Assembly: GCF_016432865.1 (NCBI RefSeq)
Contig: NC_067398.1
Coordinates: 352,656,001-352,720,000 of the forward strand
Origin: Antechinus flavipes
Taxonomy: Eukaryota
Length of the DNA stretch: 64,000 nucleotides
Reading direction: 5' to 3'
Translations under genes and position numbers: made by a program
Shown: positions 12,085-24,848 of the stretch, one piece after another
How the letters are laid out: each line of letters opens with the position of its first letter
How positions within the stretch are numbered: position 1 is the stretch's first letter
The notes under the pieces: model-generated
What the model was told of the DNA's origin: nothing
What the model saw: the letters and a program-made list of their open reading frames with translations, nothing else
The model's database searches: none

Positions 12085-12630
12085 CAATCGGGAAATGGCA
12101 GAACAAATTATAATATATGAATATGATGGAATGCTTTTGAGCTACAAAAATGATGAAAAAGAATTTCAATATAACATGGCATTGAAAGACAAAAATTTAT
12201 GTAGAGTGAAGTAAGAAAAATCAGAAGAATATTTTATAGTATAACATCAATAATATAAAAATGGACAATTTTGAGACCTTTTATAAGCTGATAAATAAAA
12301 TGAGTAGAACCCAAAGAATAATTTATACAATAATATCAATACTGTAAAGATGAACAATGTTGAAAATTTTAAGAATTATGAGCAAATCATCCATGATTTC
12401 AAAAGATCAATTATGATGCATGCTATTCTTCTCCTGATGGATAGGTGATGGATTTGGATTGCAGAATGAGACATGTTGTCTCAATCAAAAGTGAACATAA
12501 TCAATGAAGGAATTTGTTTTGCCTAATTATGCATATTGTTGCAAGGAATTTTTTTTTCTTATTTCTCCAATAGGAAATGGGTCAGTGGGAGAAAAAAAAA
12601 ATCAATTTCTGTTAATTAAAAAAAAAAAAA
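12085..12630 (+). mobile_element. Old L1 3' region
   Basis: ccaatcgggaaatggcagaacaaattataatatatgaatatgatggaat... through the 3'UTR and A-rich tail. Confidence 0.7.
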
Positions 12631-13099
12631 AACAAGAAGGAAAGGACTGGAGAGGATAATCAGAGGAAAGTCCCCAGGAGGGGAGGGTCAAGTAAGATAC
12701 AAAAGCATACAAAGTAATAAAAAGCAACTTAAGGATGCCAACTACCTGAGAAGAATTTTTTTTAAGAAGATAGGAAATGCTAAAGGAAGGAAGCAGGGGG
12801 TCCCTACCAGCAGGCTTACTTTACAATTTTGCAAGCACTGCTGACACATTAATTACTCTTGTTATTGAATAGTTATTGAATGGTACTGGATTTTTCTCCA
12901 GTTATCAATTTCTGTCATCACCCAGAAAAATGCATGTGGTAGCGAGTACTGTTATTTGGTACTGTGATGTTCCTGTTACAATGGGAAAAATATTCAGGCA
13001 TAGTTTCTTCAGGTTCAACTAACTGTTAATGTTAAAATTTCAATTTATGAAAGAGAAGGCAAAAATAGTGAAAAAGAAGAATCTTTTTTTTTTTTTTTT

Positions 13100-13215
13100 A
13101 CTTTCCTCATCTGTAAAATGAGCCATAGAAGGAAATGGCAAACCACTCTACTATCTCTGCCAAGAAAACCTCAGAGTCATGAAGAATCGGACATGACTGA
13201 AAAAATGACTGAAAA
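13100..13215 (+). mobile_element. MAR1-like SINE, 3' half
   Basis: cctcatctgtaaaatgagc...aggaaatggcaaaccactc...gccaagaaaacc...atcggacatgactgaaaaaatgactgaa. Confidence 0.8.
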
Positions 13216-13904
13216 TATCTCTTTTAGCCCTTTTCACTCTTGACTTTTACTAAAATCTTACCCTTCATTTCCTTATAGATAGTTTGCTGATAAATGTTTA
13301 GCAACCAGTTCTCTTGGAAAAGAAAAATACGTAATAGGACATACTTTTAATTTTAATCTGTCCTATTAACATTTATTCCATCATTTTCTTAAGTCTACAC
13401 AATCAATAAAATAATATAGCAAGCTCTAAAAAATAAAATCAGAAGGACTTAAAAAGCCTCATCTTTGAAGATGAGGAAACTGAAGTCGAGGTCTTACTTG
13501 AAGTTGTGACACAAAGAGTAAGCATTAGAGATTTTTAAAATATAGGTCATCTAACATTAGAAGACAACATTCTTTCCAGTATACTAAGATAGTATGCTCC
13601 TTTTTTTTAACCATACCCTGTCCCAATAATCCCACTCTATCTTGATCAGAAAGACTTGATCAACTAGAAAGATACAATGCATACAGTAATTATGCATAAT
13701 TACTCTGCTTAGTAATTATTAGAATCTAATATGTTTAGGATGTATTAAATGTGTTTAATATTATATAAATATATATAATAAAATATATATAAAATATATA
13801 AATAATATATTTAATATATCATACACATTGGTATCTAATATATCTTCAAATCCTTTTATCACATTGTACTTGCTTTGGCTGACAACTGTTTTGTTGAGTA
13901 AAAA

Positions 13905-14050
13905 ATTTGATATGAATGAATGAATGAAGCATTTATTATGTATTTTCTTCATGTCACGTATATCACTAAGCATTGGGTTTACAAAGAGTAAATCAGTCTT
14001 GGCTGATAAGGTGCTCATATTTTAATGGAGACAACCTATATATTTGCTGC
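13905..14050 (-). mobile_element. L2 3' end
   Basis: (atga)n tail, then aagcatttatt...cactaagcattggg...aatcagtctt. Confidence 0.65.
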
Positions 14051-14888
14051 AAGTCATATGGAAAAAACTATGTACTTAATAAACTTATATAATTTTAAAA
14101 ATATGTGCTTAGGGTCTCTTTTTAAAAATCATTTCTATAGGAAAAATTAGGATGTGGTGTTAAACCATTTGACAGTGCCATAGATTTTGGTGAGCAGAAT
14201 GTTCTTTTCTGAATTTTCAGTTAATGTGGCAATAGCATCTGCTGGAGCAATTGCCAAACTTCATTGCCACATAGGTTGCTTCCCAGGAAGATGACTGATT
14301 TATGTGGATTAATGCTGTATAAAATCAATTCTAATTTTATAATCTGCTTCACTGAAAAACAAGGAACCATTTTTGGGCTACAACCATATTAGTATAACAG
14401 GATTAGTAGGACATTGTCTCCTATCCCCTTCTACTGACAGTTCTTTCTTTCTTTCCCCTTTTCTACCCCACTATATCAGCCAACATGAAATGAAATTTTA
14501 TTTTCCTCCCATTACTATAGAAGTATTCCTCTTAGGGTTGATCATCCCATATAGGCTGAAAAATATGAAATGAATACTTTTTACTTCCTGCCTTTCTTCT
14601 ATTACTTTGTGAGCTTAAATCTGGAGTATTTATAAACATATGTAATACATAAAATTTGAACTTTAAAAAGAAGTTCTAGTATTTCATCATATTTAAAAAT
14701 CAAATCTATAAGCCCTTAATTTTTATAATAAAAAATTTGAGACTATTTCAAGCTTGAACTTAATCTTGTTCTTTGTTTTGATAATTGAAAAAATTTCATA
14801 AAATATCACCACAAACTTCACATTTGAATTGTATGCCTGCATGGAAATGGTTCTTACAAGGTGTGAAACTTTGCATTGTCACATTAAA

Positions 14889-15110
14889 GGGCACAACTAG
14901 AGAACTCAGCTGGGTAGAATATGAGGCTAAGAAGGCCAAGGTCAATGCTGTGTTCCTTGTACAAGCCAGTTTGTTCTGCTTGGGCTACACCCACAATCCA
15001 AACCAGCCACCTCAGCAAAGTAAGTCATTGGTCAACAGGGAACTAGATGAGGTGTGGGTGAAATGGTGAAAATCCACCCCCACCATTGGGGAAAAAAAAT
15101 TAAAACAAAC
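14889..15110 (+). mobile_element. MamSINE1-like tRNA-derived SINE
   Basis: tRNA-Ile-like head (actcagctgggtagaat...gctaagaaggccaaggtc), body aaccagccacctcagcaaa...cattggtcaacaggg, end aaatccacccccaccattgggg. Family name is from recall. Confidence 0.65.
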
Positions 15111-15289
15111 AAACCTTAAGAAATATGTTCCTGACTGTGTTGGTATCATTATCTTTACATGTAGATAATGTTATCTTGTTTTAAAAAAAGTTTTTCTGAT
15201 AAACCAAAATTAAAGCCACAACACAACCATAAGGACTTGACATTCAAATAATTGCATTAGCATCAATTCTACAAACGTTTGATTTAAGT

Positions 15290-15500
15290 GTAGTTCCGCA
15301 TAATAAAAAATATTATTAAGAACTCCAGTCAGTAATATGGACATATTTTACAGTACTACATCTGTATAACCTAATTGCTTACTGTCTCAGGGAGAGTGGA
15401 GGAAAGGGAGAGAGTGAAGGATAAAATTTGGAATTCAAAACTTTAAAAAATGTTTAATATTTTTTAAATATTGTTTTAACATGTAACTGGGGATACACAT
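15290..15500 (+). mobile_element. L1 3' terminus
   Basis: cctaattgcttactgtctcagggagagtggagg...aatttggaattcaaaac...acatgtaactgggga. Confidence 0.6.
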
Positions 15501-15534
15501 TATATGCATGTACACATATATAATAAAAATATTA

Positions 15535-15850
15535 ACAATATAATATAATATAATATGTATTATTTAGTATAGTATGTTATAGTAGAGTATAGTATAATAA
15601 AGTATAGTTTAATATAGTATGGTATAATATAGTATAGTATGGTATAGTACAGATAGTATATAATATAGCACAGTACATTAAAATATAGTATGGTAAAGTA
15701 TAATATAGTATAATATTGGAAAGTTCCAATACTTTATTGTATTATGTTATACTACATTTAATAATTAAAATTAAAAATTTAATAATATGCTATACTGTAC
15801 TATACTATATCATATTATACCATATTATACTATACTATATACTATACTAG
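15535..15850. repeat. (TATAG)n / (CTATA)n microsatellite in inverted arrangement
   Basis: Left arm is TATAG-rich and right arm is CTATA-rich, with mirrored variant units (see findings). Confidence 0.9.
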
Positions 15851-16234
15851 GATTTTACTATTCATAATTATTAGGAAATGAAAAAAATTATTTTTTTCAG
15901 TTAAAAATAAATAATATATAACAATGAATGAAAGAAGGGTAATTTTTATGGGATTTATTTATTCACTAGCTGTTTGTTAAGCACCCACTTCAGGCAGAGG
16001 GAAAATCTAGATTCAAATTCCATCTTAGGCCCCTTCTGGCTATGTGACTCTAAAGCCAAATAGTCTGTATTCACTAATTTCCTAAGATTTTTCTATTAAA
16101 AATAGGTGGATTACTACTTAGTGTTTGTTGAAGGAGTCTCCCACTCTGAGGGTCCCTTATGCTACTAAAAATCAAAGACCTCATGAGAAAAGCACTATGT
16201 GAGGTCTTACAGAGATACCAAGGTAATGAATATT

Positions 16235-16400
16235 AGTCATAGGGACATATAACTCAGTCTGGAAGGGACATCAGAGGTCATCTAATCCAACCTTCTCATT
16301 TTATAAGTGAGGAAACTGAGGCTCAGGTAGTATCAGAATGAGGATTTGAATGTAGCTTCTCTGACTCCAGAGTGAATGCTCTCTCCTCATGCTGCTTCCA
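16235..16400 (-). mobile_element. MIR-family SINE
   Basis: ctggaagggacatcagaggtcatctaatccaacc...tgaggaaactgaggctcag. Confidence 0.75.
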
Positions 16401-16499
16401 AACCAAAAAGTAATCTGGCCTTGTTGTTGTTTTATTTTTTAAGGGACCCTTACATTCCTCAACAAAAAGAAAGCCTGAGCTAAGTTTGAGCAGTTTAAA

Positions 16500-16740
16500 A
16501 AATGTTACAATTCATGTTTCCAAAGAACTGATGAGGAAGAACATCTCTCCTGACAAAGAGGTAATGGATTAATGATGCAGAATAAGATACACATTCTTGG
16601 ACACATCCAATATGGAAATTAGTTTTACATGACTATGCTCATGTATTACAAAGGTTTTTTTTTTCCCCCAATAGAGTTGCGGGTAGGCGGATATGGAAGA
16701 AAAAGAAAATAAATGCTTATTAAATTAAAACAATAAAATG
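16500..16740 (+). mobile_element. Old L1 3' UTR
   Basis: gatgcagaataagatacacattcttggacacatccaatatggaaattagtttt...aaataaatgcttatt. Confidence 0.65.
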
Positions 16741-18134
16741 CACCAAAGTTCATAATTTGATCCCCACTGTAACCATATGGTTCCTATTCACATAATTTAT
16801 ATTATTCAAGTAGTTAATCTTATTCAACTCTTGATATTTTCATTTCAATTCTGAGAAATTGGGTCCTATGTTTAGAAATGTTGGCAAGTATTTTTTAGAA
16901 ATCTGTCTATCCAAATGTCCTTTCATTTATTTAAATTTATGTGATATGTAATATTGAAAAAATATTCAAAATGTATTTTTGCTACTTAAGAAGAAATAAA
17001 AAAGATTCTCATTGTCTTTAAACATAAGGTTCTAGACTAAAAAGGGAGAAAAAATTTTCTATTCCACCATTTCTATTCCCTATGCCTGGGACAGTATTAA
17101 AACTTAGGAATTTGTCCAGTTATCTTAAAGAGGAACTGGGTTGGGTTTCCCTTGTAACAGAATAAACAAATTTTTAAAAATGCTTGCATATTCCTTTTTT
17201 TAACCAAACAAATGAACCAATCACTTAAGTTCCCTAAATCTCACTGATTCCAAAGACCAATTATTATATTTCCTGAAGTGAACAATAAGGTTAGAAATCC
17301 CGGACAAACCATCCTTAAAAGAACTCAGTAAACTTATTTTAAGTCAATTTCTTACATGGTGATCTTATGCTATTTAGCAGTGAAACTTAAAAGTTGCTGA
17401 CAAAATCTGGAAACGCTAATGCTGTGAATGCAGAATTCCATTTTGCTTATATTAGTCTGGAAAACAATATTGATTTCTGAATCCCAGATAAACTAAAGCT
17501 CTAGAAATTCAGGAACTCACAGAAACATATTCAATGCCATATCTGAAACATCTTGTTACCTAAGGAGTAGTAAGTATATTTACTAGCTTAAGAGAAGGAA
17601 TTTTAAGAACATATATATATACTGTAGGATTTTTCATTTTGACATATTGGAAATTTAATTAGTGCACATAAGCATGGCCAAAGCCTTTAGCACAGTGGCT
17701 GGCATATATTAAGTGCTATATAAAGTTAGCAATTATTATATCATACCCATCACCATTATGATTTAAAAAGGCAACATCCTGGTATGGGAAATTTAAAGCT
17801 TCAGGCCTCCTTCTTTTTCTTCCCCCCAACTCTCAAAAGAGACAATGCAATAAAATGGGAAACAGACAAGATATGGAATGTGTAGCTCTGGATTTGAATC
17901 CCAGCTTTAATATTTATGACCTGTGTGAATTTGGGCAAGTAACTTATTTGCAAATAGTATTTTTTTCCAGTTATACTTAAATATAGTTTTCAACATTCAT
18001 ATTTTTGTGGGGGGAGGGGATGAGGTAATCTGGGTTAATAACTTGCTCCGGATCACATAGCTAGTTAGTATCCAATGTCTGTCCTCATGACTCTAAGGCC
18101 AGTGCTCTATACACTGCACCACCTACCTGCCCTA

Positions 18135-18602
18135 TCAGCATACACTTTTTATAATATTTTGAGTTTTTTTCTCTTCCTCTATCCTCTTCTCCCTTCTCTC
18201 TCCCCAAGAAAGCAGGCAATCTAATATATGTTTTATATATATGCATTCATGTCAAACATATTTCCACATTATTTATGTAATGAAAGAAGAATCAGAACAA
18301 AAGGAGAAAACTGCAAGAAAGAAAAGAAATTGTATGCTTCAATCTGCTTTCAGATTCCACCAGTTCTTTCTTGGGATGTGCATAGCATTTTTCATCCTGA
18401 GTCTTTTGCAATTGTCTTGAATCATTTTATTGCAGAGAATGGCTAACTCATTCATAGTTGATCATCATACAATGTTGCTGTTACTATGTACAATATTCTC
18501 CTGGTTCTGTTTATCTCACTCAACATTGTTTCATGTAAATCTTTCCAGGTTTTTCTGAAATCATCCTTCTTGTCCTTTCTTATAGTGGAATAGTATTCTG
18601 GT

Positions 18603-18650
<48 letters not shown>

Positions 18651-18710
18651 AAACAAAACGACTTCTTCATCCATTCCCCAACTGAAAGGCATTTCTTCAA
18701 TTTCCAATTT
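18135..18710 (-). mobile_element. L1 3' region (antisense)
   Basis: gttctgtttatctcactcaacattgtttcatgtaaatctttccagg...catccattccccaactgaaaggcatt. ORFs 18452..18700 and 18561..18746 derive from it. Confidence 0.85.
18607..18648 (+). repeat. (CA)21 microsatellite
   Basis: Perfect 42-bp CA run inside the L1. Confidence 0.97.
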
Positions 18711-18884
18711 TTTTAGGGCAAGTAATTTAATCTCCATGGATCTCATCTGTAAAGTGAACAGCTTGGACTAGATGACTTCCAGGATCTTTTCCTATCATCC
18801 TATGAACAAATATGTGAACTTGGCCTCTCGTAAAATCTCTTCTCCAAAAAAAGAGCAGCCTGTTCCTGACAGCGAGACACTTAC

Positions 18885-19092
18885 CCTGATGTACCAGCTG
18901 CTATTGTTTCCTAGTTGTTCATGTCTTTACTGGGATGGCTGGCTAGAATCATTGAAATTTTTCCCTCTACTCTCAGGAATTCTAATTCATTTCAGTTCAA
19001 CATCAAGTAATGGTTTGTATAAACTGACCAAGGTCCAGAGGAGACAGAGTATGCTTACAGGAATTCTTCCAGGAGAAGGAGAAGCAAAGAAC
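18885..19092 (-). other. Candidate non-coding exon
   Basis: Strong donor AGG|GTAAGT at 18885/18884. The acceptor is ambiguous (CAG at 19093-94 or 19024-25). Sequence is non-repetitive with stops in all frames. Confidence 0.35.
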
Positions 19093-19499
19093 CTGCTAGA
19101 ATACTTGTCTGATACTCAGAAACATACAGAAAGGTACTGCAGACAGTTAATAGTCCTGAGTAATTTGCTGGCTCTCTTAACGTCTTGACTCCCTTCCAAG
19201 AGCCACAGGTAAACCACCTCTACTTAAGAGAAGTATGCTTTGAAAGCTCCAGTAAGGTCTTCCTGCCCCAGTAACTGAGACTCTTATCTGAAGCAACTCT
19301 GGGCATTAAAGTCCCTGTTAAAATGAAAATATATTATGAGGTATGGTGGTGGCAGCGAGGATAATGGTTAAAAAAAAAAAAAGCCACATTATTGGCCACA
19401 GGATCTCAGCTAGATTTATCGCTATATTAAAATGGAATATAAGACATTGACATTTTGGTGGTAAGTTATCAGAAAAATTAAAACCATAGAAATGATCAT

Positions 19500-19980
19500 T
19501 AAGGACAGGATTAATCAACCAAATAAGCATTTATTGTATACCTACTATTTGCTAGGTGTGAAGAAAGAATGAATGGATCCATCCTACACACTCTCACTTT
19601 CTCTCTCTCTCTGTATATATATGTATACACACACACACATATAGACATATTTACAATATTTATACAAATACTATATGACATGTGTGTATGAACACACACT
19701 CTATATATATATATATATACATACAACATGCCATATGAGACAGACACACATATAAATATCTAGCATGTATATGTATGTTTATATTAAAAATCATATAATG
19801 TATGTATATATAGATATTTACACACATTATGTGGTATATGTATATCTATTTGGTAATCTATCTATATACTCTAAATATTGTTAATAAATGCAAATAAGTT
19901 GAAAATAATGTAGTTTGGGAAAGAGGACACTAAGCAGTTGGGAGTTACCAGGAAAGGATTCATGGGGAAATTAGTGTGTG
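19500..19980 (-). mobile_element. L2 3' region with expanded TA/CA/CT microsatellite
   Basis: aatcaaccaaataagcatttattgtatacctactatttgctagg and ccaggaaaggattcatgg flank the simple repeats. Confidence 0.65.
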
Positions 19981-19984
19981 AAAC

Positions 19985-20183
19985 CAGTCTCTCTAAAAAA
20001 CGTCTTTGCTCCCAAAGAACAGCCTCATAAATATGGAGATGCATCTTAAAGAGGGGCTACATTCCCAGACATTTGGGCAGGTCAACATAAAGGCAAGCTG
20101 GGAATCATAGTTAGAAAGGAGGGGCAATGGGGCTGTCAGCATGAGAACACTGGGTACCTGAAAGGGAAGAGCAAAAGGGAAGA
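19985..20183 (+). repeat. Unclassified dispersed repeat, copy A
   Basis: Shares exact blocks aaaggcaagctgggaat, tcagcatgagaacactgg, tgcatcttaaaga and agcaaaagggaaga with 25554-25750. Confidence 0.85.
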
Positions 20184-21957
20184 AATTTGGGTGGATGGCA
20201 AAACAGTCTGCATTCTTACAATTCTGCCCAGAAACCTTTCTGTAAAAAAGAAGCAGCTCTTTCTCTTATTTGTGGAGAAAATCCAAAAGAAAATTTTGCT
20301 GCTGTGACAAATAGAAATGCAATGAGGTCATTTGCCCAGACAAGAGTTTTAGGACCTGTAGGGTTTGAGTTTATAAGGCTTCATCATTTCCAATTAAGTA
20401 GGAGGAGCTTGTTCCACAAAGTGCTCAAAAAATACCTTAGAGAAACTAAGAAAATGAGCAGGCTGATTATTTTCTTCTTTTTCCTCTTTTCTTCTCCTTT
20501 TCTTCATCTTTCTATTTTTTTCTTTCTTTTTCCTCTTCCTTCTTTCTTCTTCCTTCTTTAACTTTTTAAAAGAATTTTACATAAATATAAAATAAGAAAA
20601 GAAAAATAAAGTCATATCTACAGCAGACCATAAGGGAGGATTCAATATAAAACAATAAATTTCCATTTCAAGAAAACTTATATAATAAATACTACATGAT
20701 GTTTTCAAAGCTGTCCAGTTTTTCTTTGTTTCCCTGTTGGTTTTTGTTGTTGTTATCGTTTTCTGCTGGGCACTTTTTACTCTATTTCCCCCACCTATCC
20801 CAAAAAAGGCTATAGTTAAGCATGAATGATTTCTTCTTGACAAGCTTCAGTCAAAATCCTGGCTCTAAAGTGCCAAAATTTAAATCAAAATAGCTATCTG
20901 AGCAGCTCATTGCAGAGGTTCTAATAAGGAGAACAGTTCTCATGTATCTTTCCTGCTTTCTAGGATTATTCCAAGTCTGGCCCCATAGGTCATTTGAGGC
21001 AAGTTTAAAGCTGAAAGGAGCAGAGAATAATCACTTCTGATGAGCAAAGAAAAAAGATTCATCTCTGTCCTGCATAGTTCTCCTACTGTTCCATCATTTG
21101 TCATCTGCTTTAGGATCTCTTTGGAATGCTAGAAAACAAATAAGATTCTAAGAAAAAGCCTGAAGAAGATCTAATGGGTAAGGTCCAAGACTGGATAGGA
21201 TGCAACTTCTGCCCTTCCAAGTAGACACAGATCTCATTGGAATAACCACAACTTCACATCCCTGGAAATGGGCTTCAGTGAAATACAACTCAGGATCTAT
21301 AGATTTAGAGGACAGACAAAATGGGTATTTACTTCATCTTATTTTAATGTTTGCTATCCTGTGATAATATGCCTTCAGTGAAAATCATATAATAAAATGG
21401 ATGTGGAAATATACTCAGGAATCCAACAAATGTCAGCTGTCCACTGTCGACCTGGTGCATGCAGTACAAGGAAGAGTGAAGAGAAACAGGAAAACCAAGC
21501 AACCAAACAATGATGATGAAAACTTGTAGGTTCAAGTCTTGGCTAAGCTATTTACTAGCTCTGTGAGCTTGAATTCACTATTTTTTTTTTAGCCTTAGTT
21601 TCCTCCCCCTTGAGCAAGTTGCTTAACTTCTCAATGCTCTAGACAGCTCTCCAAGCCTATTAAGTTTCAGAGCAGATGTTGATCTTCAGTTGTGAAGAGT
21701 CTTTCCTCACCAGGAGATACCTATCCAGTGAAATCACAGAGTCATCTTCCTCCCCTTCCTCTCATTTCTCCCTCCTCCAAATAGTCATAACATCAACCAA
21801 ACAAGGTTAAGTTGGGAAGAAGATGCTTTTGTAAGTTTTAAAATATCCTACAAGTGTATTATTATTGTTGTTTTTTAAAAAAATAGAAATGAAAATTCTT
21901 GCTACCAATGGTTATTATTCATTGTTGATATTCCAAGGATTAAAAATGTCTGTGCAA

Positions 21958-22119
21958 GGGACATCTAGATAGTGCAGTGGATAGAGCACTCTCCCTGGAG
22001 CCAAGAGGACCTGAGTTCAAATCTCAACACTCAACCCTTGCTAGCTTTGTGACCTTGGGTAAGTTACTTAACCCTAATTGCCTCCCAAAAAGTAATAAAA
22101 TAAAATGAATTTAAAAAAT
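21958..22119 (+). mobile_element. WSINE1-like SINE with TSD
   Basis: gtgcagtggatagagcac...ggacctgagttcaaatc...aaccctaattgcctc plus an A-rich tail. TSD aaatgtctgtgcaa (21944-57) / aaatgtctatggaa (22120-33), 12/14 identical. Confidence 0.85.
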
Positions 22120-23589
22120 AAATGTCTATGGAAAGTGGTGTATTGCTTCTAGTCAGCTATTAGTCAAAGGCTTAATCTTAATGTATCTACTTAGAACTGG
22201 CAACCAGGCCTAACAGGTTTCATTTTCAGAGATTCATAAAGGTAAATGAGTTATAGGAAAATATTTTTGCCACAATGGAATTTGGAACTACTTTTTACAT
22301 GTGTAATACAAATGCCCACGCAACAGGGTCAGATAATTAATAGCTAAAAAGAATAATGCCTATAGGATCCCTGTGGTTGGAGCTGGTTGTGAATTCATGA
22401 GGAGAAAAAAGGATTTCACTAACATGTGCCAAAGGACTATCAGGTATTTATTTACATAGATTGATCACATTTTTTGGAGGAAAATATGGAAGTGAATTCT
22501 ATTGAATAAATGAAGTCATTTGGTAGTTGAGGCAATGAATTCTCTCTTTGCTTTGGTTTACCTAGGCAGAAATAGGAGGATAGGAAAAATTGTAGTGTTC
22601 ATACCTCACTCAGGGGGATTTTATGAAAAAACATTCCCTGAGAGCTAAATTTATTCTACAGTGTTTTAAATGATGATATGAGCTCCACTACAAAATGTGA
22701 AGTAGATGGGCATATAGAGGGATCCCATAATCTAGCCAATAGATAGGACAAAACATTTGCCCTTATACTTCTTCATGTTAGAAGTACATATAAAGAAAGA
22801 GGAAGAGAGGTAGCTGGGTGTCTGGCTGAAGGAAAATGAAGAAAATAAAAATTCTCAAAATAATAGCCTGCGGTTTTCCTAAATGAACATTTTTATGTTA
22901 TGGTAGTGAAAAGATCAGAGCATACTTTGAAATTTGGAACAGATGAATGTTATAGCCGTAGGCATAAATTATTCCATTTTTTTTTTGTCAGCCTGGTGCA
23001 GCCAGAAGAGTTAGATAGTAAAGTGTGGGTGAAATCAAAATTTAAGCCTTTCTGGCAAGGCTTGAACTGACTCCTTTGTGAGGAGCCTAAATTACCTATG
23101 AACTCCTCACATACCACCACCACCCCTTTCTCAGAATTTTTTGAAATAGATAAAATTGTACACATAGAAAAGAAAAACAATTATTTTGGAATAAAAATAT
23201 CAAAATATTTCTTAAAAAGAATATATTAAAAGAATTTTGAAGTTTTTAGAGGGAACCCCTTCAAACCTAGATAGGGAATTTCCCAAATTCATGACAATCT
23301 TCTGCCAGTGACACAACAGAGTATTAAAAATGGTATCAATTACTCAACAGAACATATCTATCTATTAAAAAGAAAGAGTTGCTTTTCAGTAGAGTGAACA
23401 TATGACTAGTTAGCTCAGTCATTAAAGCATGATACTAATGAAACCAAAATAAAATGAGGGGGAGAGATTTTATTTTCTTTGGGTTTCATCTAGCTCTAAC
23501 TTTCTGTGACTCCAACTAAACCAAATCCTACCTGTCAAATATTCCTCATAGCATCTGAGAGAATTAGTATAGTACTGAACATTAATGCT

Positions 23590-23940
23590 TCATAAAATCT
23601 GTGGCTCACTGTTCTGTTGCCACAGAAAATAATTCTTCTATGCTATTCCATATCTCATCTCCATGACTTTGCATAGAGTATCCTCCATCTCTGGAATGTA
23701 TTTCCTCCTAAACTCCATCTCTTAATATGCTTTGATTCCTTCAAATTTTAGGTCAAATATAACCTTTTTATAAAGCTTTTTCTGATTTCTTCCAGCTACT
23801 AAGCTCTCTTCCCTTTTAGCTTGAATTTGTCTATACTTAAATGTGTATATATTATCCCTTAGATAAAGGGCAGAAATTTTTAATTTTTTACTTTTATACT
23901 TCGAACACAGTGCCTAGCTCACAGCTAAATAAGTGCCTGT
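23590..23940 (+). mobile_element. L2 3' region
   Basis: catctccatgactttgcatag...ggaatgtatttcctcc...cacagtgcctagctcacagctaaataagtgc. Confidence 0.7.
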
Positions 23941-24314
23941 GGATTGAGTAATGGTTTAATGAGTTTCTGAGATGAAAAAAATTAATTATTTGATGACCTC
24001 TCTTCTGGTGATGTCTTTTCAAATTTAGCTAGGTTGGCCCTAAGATGACCATGAATCATTGGACCTATACAGAAGTCTTGCTAGCTGTCATAGTGTCATA
24101 GTTTAGCCTTCAAGGGAGGGGATAGAGTATGCATTTAATAATTGCTTACTTTCAAAAAAGATCTCATTTTATTAAGAAGCCATGATTATCACCATGCTAC
24201 AATGAAGCCTTCAGTGGAATTTTACATGTGAAAAAAACTAAGGATAAAGACTATAAACAATGTGCCTGAGAGCTAGTAAATGTCAGGGATGGACTTGAAT
24301 CTAGATACTCTGGT

Positions 24315-24483
24315 CAAGGATTCTCAAATTAAGTTCTGTGAACATTAAAAAATTATTTTCAATATAATTGGTTTTCTTTGTAGTCCTGCATATTTTATTT
24401 TAAGCACTTAAAAGCATATTTGTTAAAAAGGACTCATAGGCTTCACAAAGAGGTCCATGATATAAAAAAATTAAGAATCTTTG
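24315..24483. mobile_element. Old hAT/Charlie-like MITE
   Basis: TIRs caaggattctcaa / ttaagaatctttg match at 11/13. Length 169 bp. Confidence 0.65.
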
Positions 24484-24594
24484 TTTTAAGTGTTTTTATG
24501 CAGGTGAAGACTTCTCTCAAGCTTTTGTCTCTCTTTTCTTTCTACCTCTTTCAGCCGTCTCATTGACTTTCTTGGGTTTAACTATCAACCCTCT

Positions 24595-24848
24595 GTGTGG
24601 CTAGGCGATGCAATGGAGAGAGCTCCAGGTGTGGAGTCAAAAAGATTAATCTTCCTGAATTCAAATTTAGCCTCAGTTACTAGTTGTGTGACTCTGAGCA
24701 AGTTACTCAATCCTATTCATTTAATTTTCCTCATCTATAAAATAATCTGGAGAAAGAAATGGGAAAGCAATGCAGTATCTTTGCCAAGAAAACCCCAAAT
24801 GAGGTCATGAAGAGTTGGACACAGTTGGAGAACAACTAAACAACACCA
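24595..24848 (+). mobile_element. MAR1-like SINE
   Basis: Full head, CORE and tail, ending gagaaagaaatgggaaagcaatgcagtatctttgccaagaaaaccccaaatg...aacaactaaacaac. Confidence 0.85.

Noticed and set aside
18772-19188. 138-aa plus-strand ORF
   Set aside because: It starts in a MIR tail, has no recognisable motif and overlaps a better minus-strand exon signal.
21114-21177. Plus-strand AG/GT pair (ctgctttag| … TGG|GTAAGG)
   Set aside because: It is isolated, has stops in the tested frames and has no upstream promoter. It shows how easily exon-like signals arise by chance, which is why the other exon calls have low confidence.
21958-22119. tRNA-like A/B boxes in WSINE1, MAR1 and MamSINE1 heads
   Set aside because: They are SINE heads with no complete cloverleaf, so they are not called as tRNA genes.
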